From a virus (Duplodnaviria; Caudoviricetes), in IMG/VR virus record IMGVR_UViG_3300020814_000535: a DNA stretch of 64,000 nucleotides; one strand, given 5' to 3'. Shown here piece by piece: positions 9,312 to 19,996 of the stretch (its first letter is position 1; each line of letters opens with the position of its first letter). Position numbers and translations under genes: made by a program. The notes beneath the pieces are model-generated. The model saw only the letters and a list, made by a program, of their open reading frames with translations, was not told where the DNA came from and did not search any database.

Positions 9312-11495
9312 TTAAGCCCCGAGCTTAATCCTGTAACTTGAGAGCAAAGGAGAAACATTACTGTCTGTGGTTTTTAGTATAGCACGCAATTTTAAATACT
9401 TGTAGGTTGTATCTGATGCGCGCAAACGAATAGTAAAAGCTTCATTAAGGAAGTCTGAATTTGTATCATCTACTTTAACTAAGAATACTTTTGTAGCAGA
9501 AGTTCCAGCTGCAGGAGGAATCCGAGAGGTATCAGATGCATCATAATCCAGGGCGAATCTTGCGTAATCTGTGGCGCTAACGCTATGGATGAGTTCAAAT
9601 GGGCTGACTCTTTTCATCTTGTATTCTGCAACAATATCAAAACCCTTATAGATCTTTTCTTCTTTCAGGTTCCAACCTGTTCTGTAATTAAATCCTTCTA
9701 CTAAATAGCGGTGGTTGTAGGGATAGAGTTTATCCGCCGCCCTCAACTCTGCCAGACTATTAACCGTACTATAATCAACCTCATACCAATTATCTTTGTG
9801 GACTTTGACTGTGTGAGAACCACAAGATATCTTGTTACAGCCGGTTAGAGCGACGTCGTCAATCACTACTGCCTTTGGACCAAAATCAATATCAATTCCA
9901 ACTGCAGATTTAACGAGAACTGTAGTGGTGTAATAATCTTCGCTAAAACCCCAACCATGAGGATTGCCGCGTACCAGTGTGGATCCGCCTTTTGTGTTTA
10001 CATTGCGCCAAACTTCAAGACTATCTTCAACAAAAGAAATCGTGTTCATGATGGCAAAATCAAGAAGCCTGTCTTCTTTATTGAAGAAATCATAACGCTG
10101 GGACGAGGAGGTGGCAGTAAGAATAGTGCCCGTCGATCCAGAAAGAGCAGACAATAGAAAGAAGGCCTGCTTTGGGTTTACGAACTTGCTGTCTGCATTC
10201 AATGGATCGTAGGATATTGGGGCTCCAGATCTCTCGTAAAATGCGGATTCTGAGAAATCAAGGATCGTTGGAGCTGTCGGATTGGTTCGGCTGGCCGGCG
10301 CTATTGATTGCCATTCTGGATTCGAAACAGAAGAATCATTGGATACAGCTACATAGTAATCAATATTGTTAGTGTTTTCTTCTATTAGCTCGCAAGCTTC
10401 GAAAGCAACCTTGCTCCAAGACTGAACTTCCTTGGTTGCGGGGTTGGTTACACTCAAAGCTTTAGAGATTAATTCCTGACCAGAAGTAGTTATGTTGACT
10501 GTCTCATTGTAGAAGGCAATTTCATCTACACCAAATTCGTAAGCATAATTTGTTTTAAAAACTACATCTGGGGCAGACTTGGTTAGAATGAATTTGAAAT
10601 ATTGGGCTTCAATCGCGGGGAAAACGAACATCCCCGTATCAACAATAGAAAGCGTGTAATTAGTAATTGGAAGTCTATACCATGTTTTTCCATCTGCAGA
10701 ATAGAGGGGAAGGATTGTTTTTGCCGCATTGTTGTTGGATGCATGTAGATTGACGTCTATCCGAGAGATGAAAATTGTTGATGTCGACAGCTTTACTTTT
10801 AGTTCTGCGCTCAAGGATACTGGCTTATTGGTGTAGACAATCTGCTGGAAATAGTTTTCCGCCGTATTGAAAGCGTTAACTAACTTAGATTTGGGAGAGC
10901 TGATATTTGCCGTGACTCCATCTTTAGTTAGCATTGAGAATTCAACATCCCCCTCTTTCAAGGAAAGGATTTGTTTGGTCGGGATTGTCGGGGTGTAAGA
11001 AGTTACACCTAGAGACACGACTCCCTGTTTAAGATCAATACGTGCAGTAGTTGACGACTGATCAACCTTAGAGAGGTCTTTAAAGTTGTCCTGGACAAAA
11101 TTGTAGTAACCAGCAGTTTCTGTTTCCAGCAATAGCAGATTAGAAATCCTGTCGACTAGCGTCTTTAGGCGCCCCTCAAGAATCTCGCCCTTCTTCTTCC
11201 AGCGGCTAACTCGTTTGGCCGATTCATCAGCAATATCTAATAAAGACTTGTACATAACAACCAAGTCTTGGTGGATCGAAGTTAGAGTCCCGTTGTACTT
11301 AGAAACGCTAGAAACTTCGTCTTCCTCAACCGTGTGCTCAGAGTATTTGGTGCGCGGTTCTGTTAGATCGTAGTCTTCAAGATAGGCATTTAATTGAGTT
11401 AGTATCTCAGAAGAAGAAGGATAGTCTCCTCCCTCAATAATTCCTTTTACAATCGACTTGATAACTTCTTGTGTATGAAGATCTGAAACGCTCAC
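9312..11495 (-). CDS. large baseplate/tail structural protein (paralog group A)
   Basis: N-terminal coiled coil, galactose-binding-like domain ('YSADGKTW...AQYFKFIL'), C-terminal 'YLKLRAIL...SPLLSSY'. Confidence 0.6.
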   Translation of the reverse strand: MSVSDLHTQEVIKSIVKGIIEGGDYPSSSEILTQLNAYLEDYDLTEPRTKYSEHTVEEDEVSSVSKYNGTLTSIHQDLVVMYKSLLDIADESAKRVSRWKKKGEILEGRLKTLVDRISNLLLLETETAGYYNFVQDNFKDLSKVDQSSTTARIDLKQGVVSLGVTSYTPTIPTKQILSLKEGDVEFSMLTKDGVTANISSPKSKLVNAFNTAENYFQQIVYTNKPVSLSAELKVKLSTSTIFISRIDVNLHASNNNAAKTILPLYSADGKTWYRLPITNYTLSIVDTGMFVFPAIEAQYFKFILTKSAPDVVFKTNYAYEFGVDEIAFYNETVNITTSGQELISKALSVTNPATKEVQSWSKVAFEACELIEENTNNIDYYVAVSNDSSVSNPEWQSIAPASRTNPTAPTILDFSESAFYERSGAPISYDPLNADSKFVNPKQAFFLLSALSGSTGTILTATSSSQRYDFFNKEDRLLDFAIMNTISFVEDSLEVWRNVNTKGGSTLVRGNPHGWGFSEDYYTTTVLVKSAVGIDIDFGPKAVVIDDVALTGCNKISCGSHTVKVHKDNWYEVDYSTVNSLAELRAADKLYPYNHRYLVEGFNYRTGWNLKEEKIYKGFDIVAEYKMKRVSPFELIHSVSATDYARFALDYDASDTSRIPPAAGTSATKVFLVKVDDTNSDFLNEAFTIRLRASDTTYKYLKLRAILKTTDSNVSPLLSSYRIKLGA

Positions 11496-14400
11496 GCTAA
11501 CTTGCTTTCTGTAATAGCTTTAATTGTATAGTCAATTTGGCTGGGAGTCCAAAACGTCTCCAGATCTTTAATATCCTGGTCAATCGTCGGAATGTATTTA
11601 TACGTTATCCTATAATACTCCTTTTTAGTACTAGATTTTTCTACATTCGACTTCTTGAAAATCTCTCTATCCTTTAAGGTAACCTTCTTATTTTTGGTAT
11701 CAACAGTAAAGTCGTCTGGAGAAATCTGTCTAGCTATGGGATAACGAACTCGATAATCTGAATACCTGTAGGTCACGGTCAATCCAGAAGTCGTTGCCGC
11801 TCTGGTGTAAACTTCACCTGTATCATAGTTAACTGAATAGGCCCCAGATAAATCCGAATTCGGATCTTCGTAATAATAAGTAATTGTTCCTGGATCTGCC
11901 ACAGAAGAACTGAGATAAACGATTACACGGGGATTTGTTGGGGTACGATAGATATAGTATCTTCCCGGAACAGTTACTTCTGCAGGATCGCTTCTCTCGC
12001 TGGCAAATGCTGTCTTGTTAGAAAAACCCACATCCAAGTCTGTAGCAGACGAAATGCGAAGTCTGAGTGTTATAGTCTGGACGCCTGGTGCAACAACTGT
12101 AATTGGGTTGAGCTTTTCTGTTGCCTTGAGAACTCCCAGTAGTTCTGTTCGGCCGTCAACGAAAGCTACCTCTTTAGAAAATACTGACGAATAGCCAGTC
12201 CCCGCAAAAATCAACGAATCTTCCACAATGGAAAGATTAGCTAGATTGAAATACTTTACGCTAGCAGGGATAGCTTCTGGGTAATCGGGAGACTGAGTTT
12301 TCCAGTAGGCCTGCGAAATAGAAATAGAATGAGATACATCAACTCCTTCTTCAAAACTGAAACCATCGCTAGGAAGCTTCGTGCGCGGGAAGTATTGAAA
12401 TGTGCAAGAAGTATCGGCATCTGGTTTTGATCTATCGTAAGAATAGACTATTCCATTCTCGTAATCGACCGAGTACTCGCCCGTCCCAGTCAACTCTACA
12501 CTGCCATCTACATAAGGGGTGATCTCGCTAACGAAACAACCAGCTATATCTGAAAACTTCACCGAATAAGTAGAATCTAGATTTGGCAGGAGCCGATGAA
12601 CTTTCGCTCCTTTATCAAGAACTATTGTTTTTACCGTAGCCTTATCTACCTGATAAACTTCCACTTCCTCGCTATCGGAAGCTACTGAGTACTCAAGTTC
12701 GGCTAGATGGCTTGTATCAGATGAAGGGAACAATCTTTCTTCGTCAAAACAAACCTCTACCAGGGCGCCCCCAGGGACGGCCTTTCCCACTGTTCCTCCA
12801 GAGCCATCTGTCTCGCCACCAAATTCAAGGATGCCGTTATTGTGGTCAAGCTGAAAATATTTGGACGTCGTTGAGGCCCCAGAGATCTTTCCCTGAGACC
12901 ATTCGATTCCATCTACGTAAATACGTGCCGCAATTTGCTCATCCAGATGCCACTTGCTACTGGCCCAAGTTTTAACCAATTTTCTTTGTAAGGGACGCCA
13001 GGGTAAACGGATCTTCAGTGTGTCTCCACCCTGAGGAGTACGAGTAGAGTATCTATAGTCGGCCAATCCTCGAGAACCAAGACAAGGGTCGATAACGGTT
13101 ACAGTTCCATCAATAGGTTCATGTTGAAGAACAAACTCTAATGGAGTGGCAGAAGGTGTATCGTAAAGTTCGGTTGCAATCGCAGTTCTTGCCTTCGATG
13201 AATCTGCATCCAAAGCTCCAGTAGCAAAAGCCTGTCCATTCCTTTTCATCTTAACTTTGTATCTTAGAGAAGTTACAGGAGCATTGGTAGCTACAGTATT
13301 CTTGTCGACTCCATTGAAATCAATTAGTTCAGAGATGTCTTGTGTTGTATCGCTGTTTCCATCTGAATCTCTGGGTCTGATAGGAAGCCAACTAACTCCG
13401 TTATCTGGAGATACAAAGTGTTCAATAGTTCCGAAAGGAGAGGAATATGTTGGTTCTGGATCTTGATTAGAGATCAGAAGGATTTTTCGTATTGGGTCCG
13501 AAGTCTCAAATGCTTTGGAAATGAGTTCGCCCGATTCTTTGTAGGGCCGCGCCTCTAGATAGATATCTCGAATTCCAATGGCGTATCTCAACAGCTGCTT
13601 TCCTTTGGAATTAAAGATCGGATAGGCTGTGGACTGCCTCAAGCAGAAACGAACGAATCGAGCTTTGCGCGGCACAAACGAATAGACACCCTGGCCAGCA
13701 TACTTCGATGTCGAAGGAGCCAATGAAAAACGATCAGTCTTTACAAGATCAGAAGCTAGAATGCACTCCTTGATATCGTAGTAAGTCTTCCCGTCAACCG
13801 ACGTCTGGATTGATTGAACTTCCAGTTCTGTCTTGGTTCCGAAGTTGTTCGGATTGATTCGGATAAAATTAACAATCTCTGTCTTCCCGATATTAACTGT
13901 AAAATCAAGAATCAACGGAACGTTATCTTCTACCTCCAGGACCCGTTCATATTCAAACCAAGTGTCAGAATTGTAATCGAGGATCTTTTTGATGTCTGTC
14001 TGAGAAGTTGCTCCAGGCTCATAATTGTTTCCAGGAATCCCATTGCTGTTTGAGTTGATTACTGGAGTCTCCGAAATCTGGATTAGTTTCTGTTTGCCGG
14101 CATCCAGAGGAAGAGTAAGCAAACCTTCGTCCTGGTGGATCTCTAATTGATCCAACTGAAGAAGAGGGGAATTAACCTCAATGCGCTCTAGATTAGCAAA
14201 TGAGTCTGTGAAGAAAGTCCATCTGCGATCTGTGTCTTTTGAATAGAGATAAAAGTCGCCCAACCGAGAAGAGGCTTGCTTTAACCTTCCCATCAGTCGA
14301 TTCAATCTGGAAACCATGTAGTTAAAGTTGCCAAGGAGAACCGATTCTAGATTCTCGAACTCAGCAAAGATAACTTCGATGTCCATATTGATCTGTTCAA

Positions 14401-14647
14401 AAACCTCTGTGTAATCTTCTGGATCTGGGTCGGTATATTTGATCGCCGGCTTGTCATTCTTGAAGACTGGAGATGAAAGGTCCTTGTAGAAAGTGCTGAT
14501 TATCTTGTAGGCACCTTGCAACAATTCCTCTAGAGTCTGGTATTCGCTCGAGCCGTAGGGGTTTGAAGCAGCCTTGAGCTTATCAGCCAGGACTCTGAGT
14601 TTGCCCGAAAGAAGAGCGCTTTCTATTGGTGTAGTTAGACTATTCAA
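11492..14647 (-). CDS. large baseplate/tail structural protein (paralog group A)
   Basis: coiled coil plus F5/8-like domain ('SVDGKTY...ARFVRF'); repeated YSVDYxxG modules; start placed at TTG 14647 overlapping the upstream stop. Confidence 0.6.
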   Translation of the reverse strand: MNSLTTPIESALLSGKLRVLADKLKAASNPYGSSEYQTLEELLQGAYKIISTFYKDLSSPVFKNDKPAIKYTDPDPEDYTEVFEQINMDIEVIFAEFENLESVLLGNFNYMVSRLNRLMGRLKQASSRLGDFYLYSKDTDRRWTFFTDSFANLERIEVNSPLLQLDQLEIHQDEGLLTLPLDAGKQKLIQISETPVINSNSNGIPGNNYEPGATSQTDIKKILDYNSDTWFEYERVLEVEDNVPLILDFTVNIGKTEIVNFIRINPNNFGTKTELEVQSIQTSVDGKTYYDIKECILASDLVKTDRFSLAPSTSKYAGQGVYSFVPRKARFVRFCLRQSTAYPIFNSKGKQLLRYAIGIRDIYLEARPYKESGELISKAFETSDPIRKILLISNQDPEPTYSSPFGTIEHFVSPDNGVSWLPIRPRDSDGNSDTTQDISELIDFNGVDKNTVATNAPVTSLRYKVKMKRNGQAFATGALDADSSKARTAIATELYDTPSATPLEFVLQHEPIDGTVTVIDPCLGSRGLADYRYSTRTPQGGDTLKIRLPWRPLQRKLVKTWASSKWHLDEQIAARIYVDGIEWSQGKISGASTTSKYFQLDHNNGILEFGGETDGSGGTVGKAVPGGALVEVCFDEERLFPSSDTSHLAELEYSVASDSEEVEVYQVDKATVKTIVLDKGAKVHRLLPNLDSTYSVKFSDIAGCFVSEITPYVDGSVELTGTGEYSVDYENGIVYSYDRSKPDADTSCTFQYFPRTKLPSDGFSFEEGVDVSHSISISQAYWKTQSPDYPEAIPASVKYFNLANLSIVEDSLIFAGTGYSSVFSKEVAFVDGRTELLGVLKATEKLNPITVVAPGVQTITLRLRISSATDLDVGFSNKTAFASERSDPAEVTVPGRYYIYRTPTNPRVIVYLSSSVADPGTITYYYEDPNSDLSGAYSVNYDTGEVYTRAATTSGLTVTYRYSDYRVRYPIARQISPDDFTVDTKNKKVTLKDREIFKKSNVEKSSTKKEYYRITYKYIPTIDQDIKDLETFWTPSQIDYTIKAITESKLA

Positions 14648-16673
14648 ACTTCGTGGTGTCCTTATAGCCTGCGGCAAAAAGAAAGTCTTCAAGCATCGGG
14701 GTTACAAACGGATTGATGGAGTTTCTTCTCAAGATAATTGTAAGATAAATATCAGCTTTGGCGATATTCTTGTTTATATAAGTTATCGGATCGAGGATAA
14801 CTTTTCCTTCGTTCAGAAGTCTGGCGGACCTATCTCCAACAAGATCAATTATCGTAATCAAATCCGTTACCTTAGGAACAATGTACGAGTTCCCAAATGT
14901 CGGAGTATAACTGGCGGTATAATGATCCAGAGAACTAGAACGATCAGCAATCCTAATCCCACGCTTCATTCTCGACCCACTACCTGCTGTTTCGTTAGTC
15001 AAAGCAGATGCATCTGCTGGGTCTACAAAGAACCAGTTCACTCCGTAGGTTAGTAGATTGCCGTTCTTGTAAACCAAGACATCTGACGAATTCGACGCAG
15101 TGTAGAACATCAAAGAACTTCCGTCCTTTAGGCCCAACCCACTACTTACCCGACCAGAGAAAACTAGCTTTTCATGATAGATCCTTTTGGCTCGCCAAGG
15201 CAGGACGGGGAAAGTTTTCGTCGCAATAATATTGCCACTCTTATCTAAATACTGAGCTGTAGCCCAATACTCAATACTCCCATGATAATAATTCAAATCT
15301 TCCGTTGAGGTTTGGGTCGGATAGGTAAAGGCCGTCATCGCAATAGCACTATCTCCAACTACCTGGACAGGCCTTGTCTCGTTGGTTCTAAGAAGCAATT
15401 GTCCAGGCATATTGATCGTTTGTTTGGAAGAGACATAAATACTAGAATCTGTGTATTCGATCCTGCCGGCCCGAATGTTGTCTAACGCAAGTAGATATTC
15501 ATAGTAGTGATAAGAGTCCTTCTCTGGCTGGCTTAGAGAAAGCTTGTCTTTAATAAATGAAGACGAGAAAGCTTTCAGAAGGTCTTCTTCCGCGAGAGAG
15601 ATATTTGTTTCTAGATATGAGTAATCCAGAGTAGCCTTCTGGAAGTTTGTAAAGTCTTGTGCCTCAAACTGCTTTTCCTGGAAATTTTCTTGTTTGAAAT
15701 TAAGTGTCAATTGGGACGAAGAAACCCTATCAAAGCAAATCCGCTGAGTCTCTTTATCCAGGATTGTAGAAGTTGTATAGGCATTTCGCGCAGTAGCATT
15801 ACCGTCTAAATAAGTAATCGACTCCAGTGACATTGGATGTGGACTAGCTGGATCGATCTCTACAAAATTCACATCCTGGCTCACTGGCAATTCAATAGCG
15901 ATACTAGTGCTAACTCCATCTTCTGGATTGTATGAAAGAAGAACAGGAAGAGACCAGTAGGTGTGTTTCTGCCCGTCAATCAGGTTCTCAATTTCCGAAT
16001 TCATAAAGGTCGCTTCTAGTTCACTGCGCGCACTATCGCTGCCTGCTAAATGAATAGCTCCACGCAAAGTAATGTACTCTACCTTGTCGTAATTAAGAAT
16101 CAGGCGCTCACCTGTTTGGTCCACTACCGCATTCTTTTTTGCTGGAATAAACTTTCCAGTTCTAGGATCAAGATAGACAAAGCCTGCTATTACGTCAGTC
16201 CTGGAAACAGAGTGTGCCGCGACTTCTCTAAAAGTATCGAAAACCGCGTCATCAAAACCCTCTCCGCTTCTACGAATGAATTCGTAGAGTTCAACTTGTG
16301 CCTCCAGTTTATTGAGAGAACATTCAATTATCTTTAGAGAAACATCTTTGATCAAAGTTCCATGTGTATCTAACAAGCTATATAAATCATTTGCCTCAGA
16401 AAAAGCCGTCTCAAGATCGTCTGAAATATGCTCAACCATGTCATTGAATTCTTCAGAACTAATATCGTCTTTAGCAATGGCCTTCCACAACTTCATTGTT
16501 GGTTGAATTCTTTTTTCCAACAGAGCTGTAGTAAGAGTCTTCAGCTTATTCTTTAACTCATCGACAGTACGGATCTGTCCCTTTTCTTTTTGTCGTTGGA
16601 GGATCCGAAGTATTTGCTGGCCCTGAACTCCAGGGAGGGTCGTCTGGAGTTTGTCGAGGTAAGAGTAGGTCAC
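14640..16673 (-). CDS. large baseplate/tail structural protein (paralog group A)
   Basis: coiled coil; 'ENLIDGQKHTYW' and 'VNFVEIDP'; C-terminal 'IILRRN...TPMLEDF'. Confidence 0.6.
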   Translation of the reverse strand: MTYSYLDKLQTTLPGVQGQQILRILQRQKEKGQIRTVDELKNKLKTLTTALLEKRIQPTMKLWKAIAKDDISSEEFNDMVEHISDDLETAFSEANDLYSLLDTHGTLIKDVSLKIIECSLNKLEAQVELYEFIRRSGEGFDDAVFDTFREVAAHSVSRTDVIAGFVYLDPRTGKFIPAKKNAVVDQTGERLILNYDKVEYITLRGAIHLAGSDSARSELEATFMNSEIENLIDGQKHTYWSLPVLLSYNPEDGVSTSIAIELPVSQDVNFVEIDPASPHPMSLESITYLDGNATARNAYTTSTILDKETQRICFDRVSSSQLTLNFKQENFQEKQFEAQDFTNFQKATLDYSYLETNISLAEEDLLKAFSSSFIKDKLSLSQPEKDSYHYYEYLLALDNIRAGRIEYTDSSIYVSSKQTINMPGQLLLRTNETRPVQVVGDSAIAMTAFTYPTQTSTEDLNYYHGSIEYWATAQYLDKSGNIIATKTFPVLPWRAKRIYHEKLVFSGRVSSGLGLKDGSSLMFYTASNSSDVLVYKNGNLLTYGVNWFFVDPADASALTNETAGSGSRMKRGIRIADRSSSLDHYTASYTPTFGNSYIVPKVTDLITIIDLVGDRSARLLNEGKVILDPITYINKNIAKADIYLTIILRRNSINPFVTPMLEDFLFAAGYKDTTKFE

Positions 16674-16676
16674 AAC

Positions 16677-17126
16677 TTAGATTTTACGCGGGCTAAAGAA
16701 ATGCCGCAAGAGCCGCTTGTTTAAATCAACTTCAACCGTTAACCATACTTCTTCTTTTGTCCGATAGCCTGGAAGAGCAATGATTCTTTCGGTCGGCTGT
16801 TCTGGAAAGACAGAAAAAACTTTAATCCCATACTGAGCAGGCGCGGTAACGACTTCTAGAAACTTGTCCGATTCGGTTAGTCTTCTTTGGATTCTTCTTC
16901 TGACCATTTTAGGTGTATCGCTATCCAACATTTCAATATCGTAGGTATCTGACTGCCAGTATTCTCCTGGCCCTTCAATGGAAATCCGATACGGTTTATT
17001 CTCCAATTCAACCTTGATAATTCCTTCGTTTCGGCTTCTTCGCCAAGAAGCCTTTTGCAGTCGAATAGCTTCGTCGGAACCTTCATAGACTGTTCCGTCG
17101 ATGAAATACTTAGTCCATTTGCCCAT
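16677..17126 (-). CDS. hypothetical protein
   Basis: 149-aa ORF tightly packed in the operon, GAGGT SD. Confidence 0.65.
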   Translation of the reverse strand: MGKWTKYFIDGTVYEGSDEAIRLQKASWRRSRNEGIIKVELENKPYRISIEGPGEYWQSDTYDIEMLDSDTPKMVRRRIQRRLTESDKFLEVVTAPAQYGIKVFSVFPEQPTERIIALPGYRTKEEVWLTVEVDLNKRLLRHFFSPRKI

Positions 17127-17134
17127 GCAGACCT

Positions 17135-17698
17135 CTAACTTGTGTAGGTATAGGTAAGGGTAACCTTGATTTGTCGAATGCCAACTGTATCTTCAGATTG
17201 AGGAACTGTAAACCTACACTTGAACCTCACGTTGGGGCCAGATCCTGTTTGAATGGTTTCGCTAGCAGTGCAACCCATATCTGTAACAAGACTAATCTTA
17301 TTAGCTGTACTGTCTCCAACTCCTGTGCGACATACAACGCCAATAGTCCTTCCAGTGTCAGTAACGCTCTTCGTGGTAACCGAAGGCCACGAGCCAGAAG
17401 GATAACTACTGTCTGCATCTAGATTTAATTCAAAGCCACCGTAATCGGCCGAGACCAAAGCATTTCCCCAGGCCAGAATCTCTGACAAGTCACCAGCTGC
17501 AGTAAAGTCTCCTCCATAACTATCCGAAGCAGCTTGAACATAGAACCCGCAGTCCGTTATCTCGTTAGCTCCATTGTGACGGATATAGATCTGCTGGGCA
17601 GTTGAAGATGAATTATTAGTCAGATCACCGTGATCTACAGAATTCCCTTCAATTGCACTCCCGCCATTTGTCGTACTCCAAGTGATAGAAACTGTCAC
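17135..17698 (-). CDS. putative virion structural protein (Ig-like beta sandwich)
   Basis: S/T/G-rich all-beta sequence ending LTYTYTS; GGAGGT SD before GTG. Confidence 0.6.
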   Translation of the reverse strand: MTVSITWSTTNGGSAIEGNSVDHGDLTNNSSSTAQQIYIRHNGANEITDCGFYVQAASDSYGGDFTAAGDLSEILAWGNALVSADYGGFELNLDADSSYPSGSWPSVTTKSVTDTGRTIGVVCRTGVGDSTANKISLVTDMGCTASETIQTGSGPNVRFKCRFTVPQSEDTVGIRQIKVTLTYTYTS

Positions 17699-17710
17699 TG
17701 CGACCTCCAG

Positions 17711-19996
17711 TTAGACGAAGTAGGGATCGGTCCTCAAACAAACAACAGGACTATAAGATGACTCGTCGTCTCTAATCGCTTCTATGTAAAAATAATACAA
17801 GGTTCTAGGATATAGATTACTAACAGAATACGAGTTCATTGGTGTCGCATCTGTTAACTCAGAGCTATTATGGCATGTAAATTGTTTATCGGGCAATGAT
17901 GAATAATAGACATTGTAGGTTGTATAAGGACCATAAGTTGGCCATTTTAATTGGACGGTACCTGAAACAGTAATATTGTCTATTAGATCAGCTTGAACAA
18001 TCCCTGATACAATAACTGGTTTTACAGCTCCATAGGTTCTGATTACTGGATAGTGTGCAAAGTCAACGTGTCTGTTAACAATGTCTTTGACGTCCGCGAG
18101 GGTAAATGTTTCATCCGCCAAAAGTGATTGAGGAATCTCGACAACAAAACTTCCTGCTCCAGGATAAGGTTGTTCGTCGTCCCAATACCAAGCAGCTTCT
18201 GGTTGTTCCGCCAAAGCATCTGTTTGGTGCTCTTCTAAAATTCCTCCCCCACGAACTCTAACATCTAACTCAGTTAGAGCCTGAGGGGCAATCGACTCTC
18301 CAACGTAGGCCTCACAAATAGGAAGGAATTGAGGGTTCTCTTGTAGATTGAGAAGCCATTGTTCAGAGAGTCCTGTTTTGGAGGCCAGACTTGTTTTGAC
18401 CGTATATTTATCAACAAAGGAAATGTTGTCTGCGTAACCCGCAAAAACTCCTGCATATTCATCTGCTGGTCTCCAACGCAAACCACTGGCAGTAGAAGGT
18501 TTGTCGTAATAGATAGTGTGTGTCGGCTCGCCATCCGTATCGAAATCTTCGGCCAATAACTTAACTGTCCCGCCATCAATCGACCCAGTTCCATCTCTTG
18601 CCTGGCTACAAAAAGTAACCTTTCCTTCTTTGTTTACCCTTAAATAATGAAGCGACGAAGACAGAGATCCCGTTGTAGTTGTCTCGGGAACTATATAAAT
18701 AACAATACGCTGATTAAGAATATTGACGTTTGAGAGAGGATTGAAGTCTACCTCAGTGAAATCGTATTCGTCGGCTTCTGTATAATAATTTACATATATT
18801 TTTCTATCTTCAGGAATAGTGTTGGTTATCTGAATAAGCCCATCTTGTTGGTTAACACTTAGAATCCCTGTCTGATAGGTTGCATTTCCAATAGTAGTCC
18901 CGACAAGAGATGAATTGGTTGTGTAGGCTGTTTCTGCCGCCGTTTCATCCGCATCGTAAATTACGACGTCGATATAAAGTCCACCGCCCGCATCATCCAC
19001 AACATTCCTAGAAACCTTAACTAGATTCGCATGAATCCAAGTTGAGAGTTCCTTGTTGATAAATTTATAGGGGTAATATGGATTGAACGACTGGCTCAGG
19101 AACTCGGAGATTTTGTACTTACACGAACGATAGGAAGATTCGCCCACGCGCACGGGCGCAATGAACTCCCCATTTGTAATCCTCAAATACCAAGGTTCAG
19201 ACACATCTTCTGCTGTCGGATACTTCGCATAAATCCTAGAAGTATCTCTTTCTTTGTAGGCATACTTAGCAGCTCCACCAGCAGGAAGAGTAATTGTATA
19301 AGACTGACCCCCAGGTGTAGCTTCAAAGAAATAGGCTTTGCTGGTGATAGAAAGATTGTTCCATTCATTGAGATCATCGTAAGAAGCTTCATGAAACGCA
19401 GGAACATTATTAAGCAATTCGTGATATGTGTACAAAGCCCCGGAAACTTTAACGCTGTATCTTACGTAAAAAACTTCCAGAGGCGTCTCCGAACAAACAA
19501 GATTGTTGTAGAGCTTGCCAGTTGTCGAATCTAGCTTGTATTCCGACAACGTCTGTGGCTCCATCAATTGATTGAGGATTTCAAAGGAGACCAGGACTCT
19601 GTTATCCCAATCAGACAAGCTCGAATTATATCCTTTGAATTCGTGGCAGAAGAACAGAGGGGTCTCTTCTTGTGTCGCTGTATCGGTTGTGAACTGGTCT
19701 GTTACAAGAAAGTCTTTTCCTTTGATAGTAAAACTATAGCCTGAAGTTGTAATGTATTCATCTTCGTAATAGATAGTATTTTGAGGCAGACATCTGCCTT
19801 GATCCGAGAGAAAGAGATTGTCTTCTGGAGATGGTTTTTCTCCCATCAAATGGGCAAGGTTTACATGGGTTGAGTCTGTCAGGCTCTTGTAGAGGATATT
19901 GACTCGCCGCTTCTTGATATTTAAGCGGATGTCTGGATAAGTCTGGTAGGTAATACCAGATAGAGTGAAGGAGTTGTAGAAACTAGAGATAGACAA
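17711..19996 (-). CDS. baseplate structural protein with a C-terminal fibronectin type III domain
   Basis: 'VQLKWP...YNVYYS...YSVSNLYPRTLYYFYIEA' FN3 signature; 'DVRVRGGG'. Confidence 0.6.
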   Translation of the reverse strand: MSISSFYNSFTLSGITYQTYPDIRLNIKKRRVNILYKSLTDSTHVNLAHLMGEKPSPEDNLFLSDQGRCLPQNTIYYEDEYITTSGYSFTIKGKDFLVTDQFTTDTATQEETPLFFCHEFKGYNSSLSDWDNRVLVSFEILNQLMEPQTLSEYKLDSTTGKLYNNLVCSETPLEVFYVRYSVKVSGALYTYHELLNNVPAFHEASYDDLNEWNNLSITSKAYFFEATPGGQSYTITLPAGGAAKYAYKERDTSRIYAKYPTAEDVSEPWYLRITNGEFIAPVRVGESSYRSCKYKISEFLSQSFNPYYPYKFINKELSTWIHANLVKVSRNVVDDAGGGLYIDVVIYDADETAAETAYTTNSSLVGTTIGNATYQTGILSVNQQDGLIQITNTIPEDRKIYVNYYTEADEYDFTEVDFNPLSNVNILNQRIVIYIVPETTTTGSLSSSLHYLRVNKEGKVTFCSQARDGTGSIDGGTVKLLAEDFDTDGEPTHTIYYDKPSTASGLRWRPADEYAGVFAGYADNISFVDKYTVKTSLASKTGLSEQWLLNLQENPQFLPICEAYVGESIAPQALTELDVRVRGGGILEEHQTDALAEQPEAAWYWDDEQPYPGAGSFVVEIPQSLLADETFTLADVKDIVNRHVDFAHYPVIRTYGAVKPVIVSGIVQADLIDNITVSGTVQLKWPTYGPYTTYNVYYSSLPDKQFTCHNSSELTDATPMNSYSVSNLYPRTLYYFYIEAIRDDESSYSPVVCLRTDPYFV

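Noticed and set aside
14648-14692. ORF-track start at 14692
   Set aside because: It would overlap the upstream gene by 53 nt; TTG at 14647, overlapping the upstream stop, fits the operon's coupling pattern better
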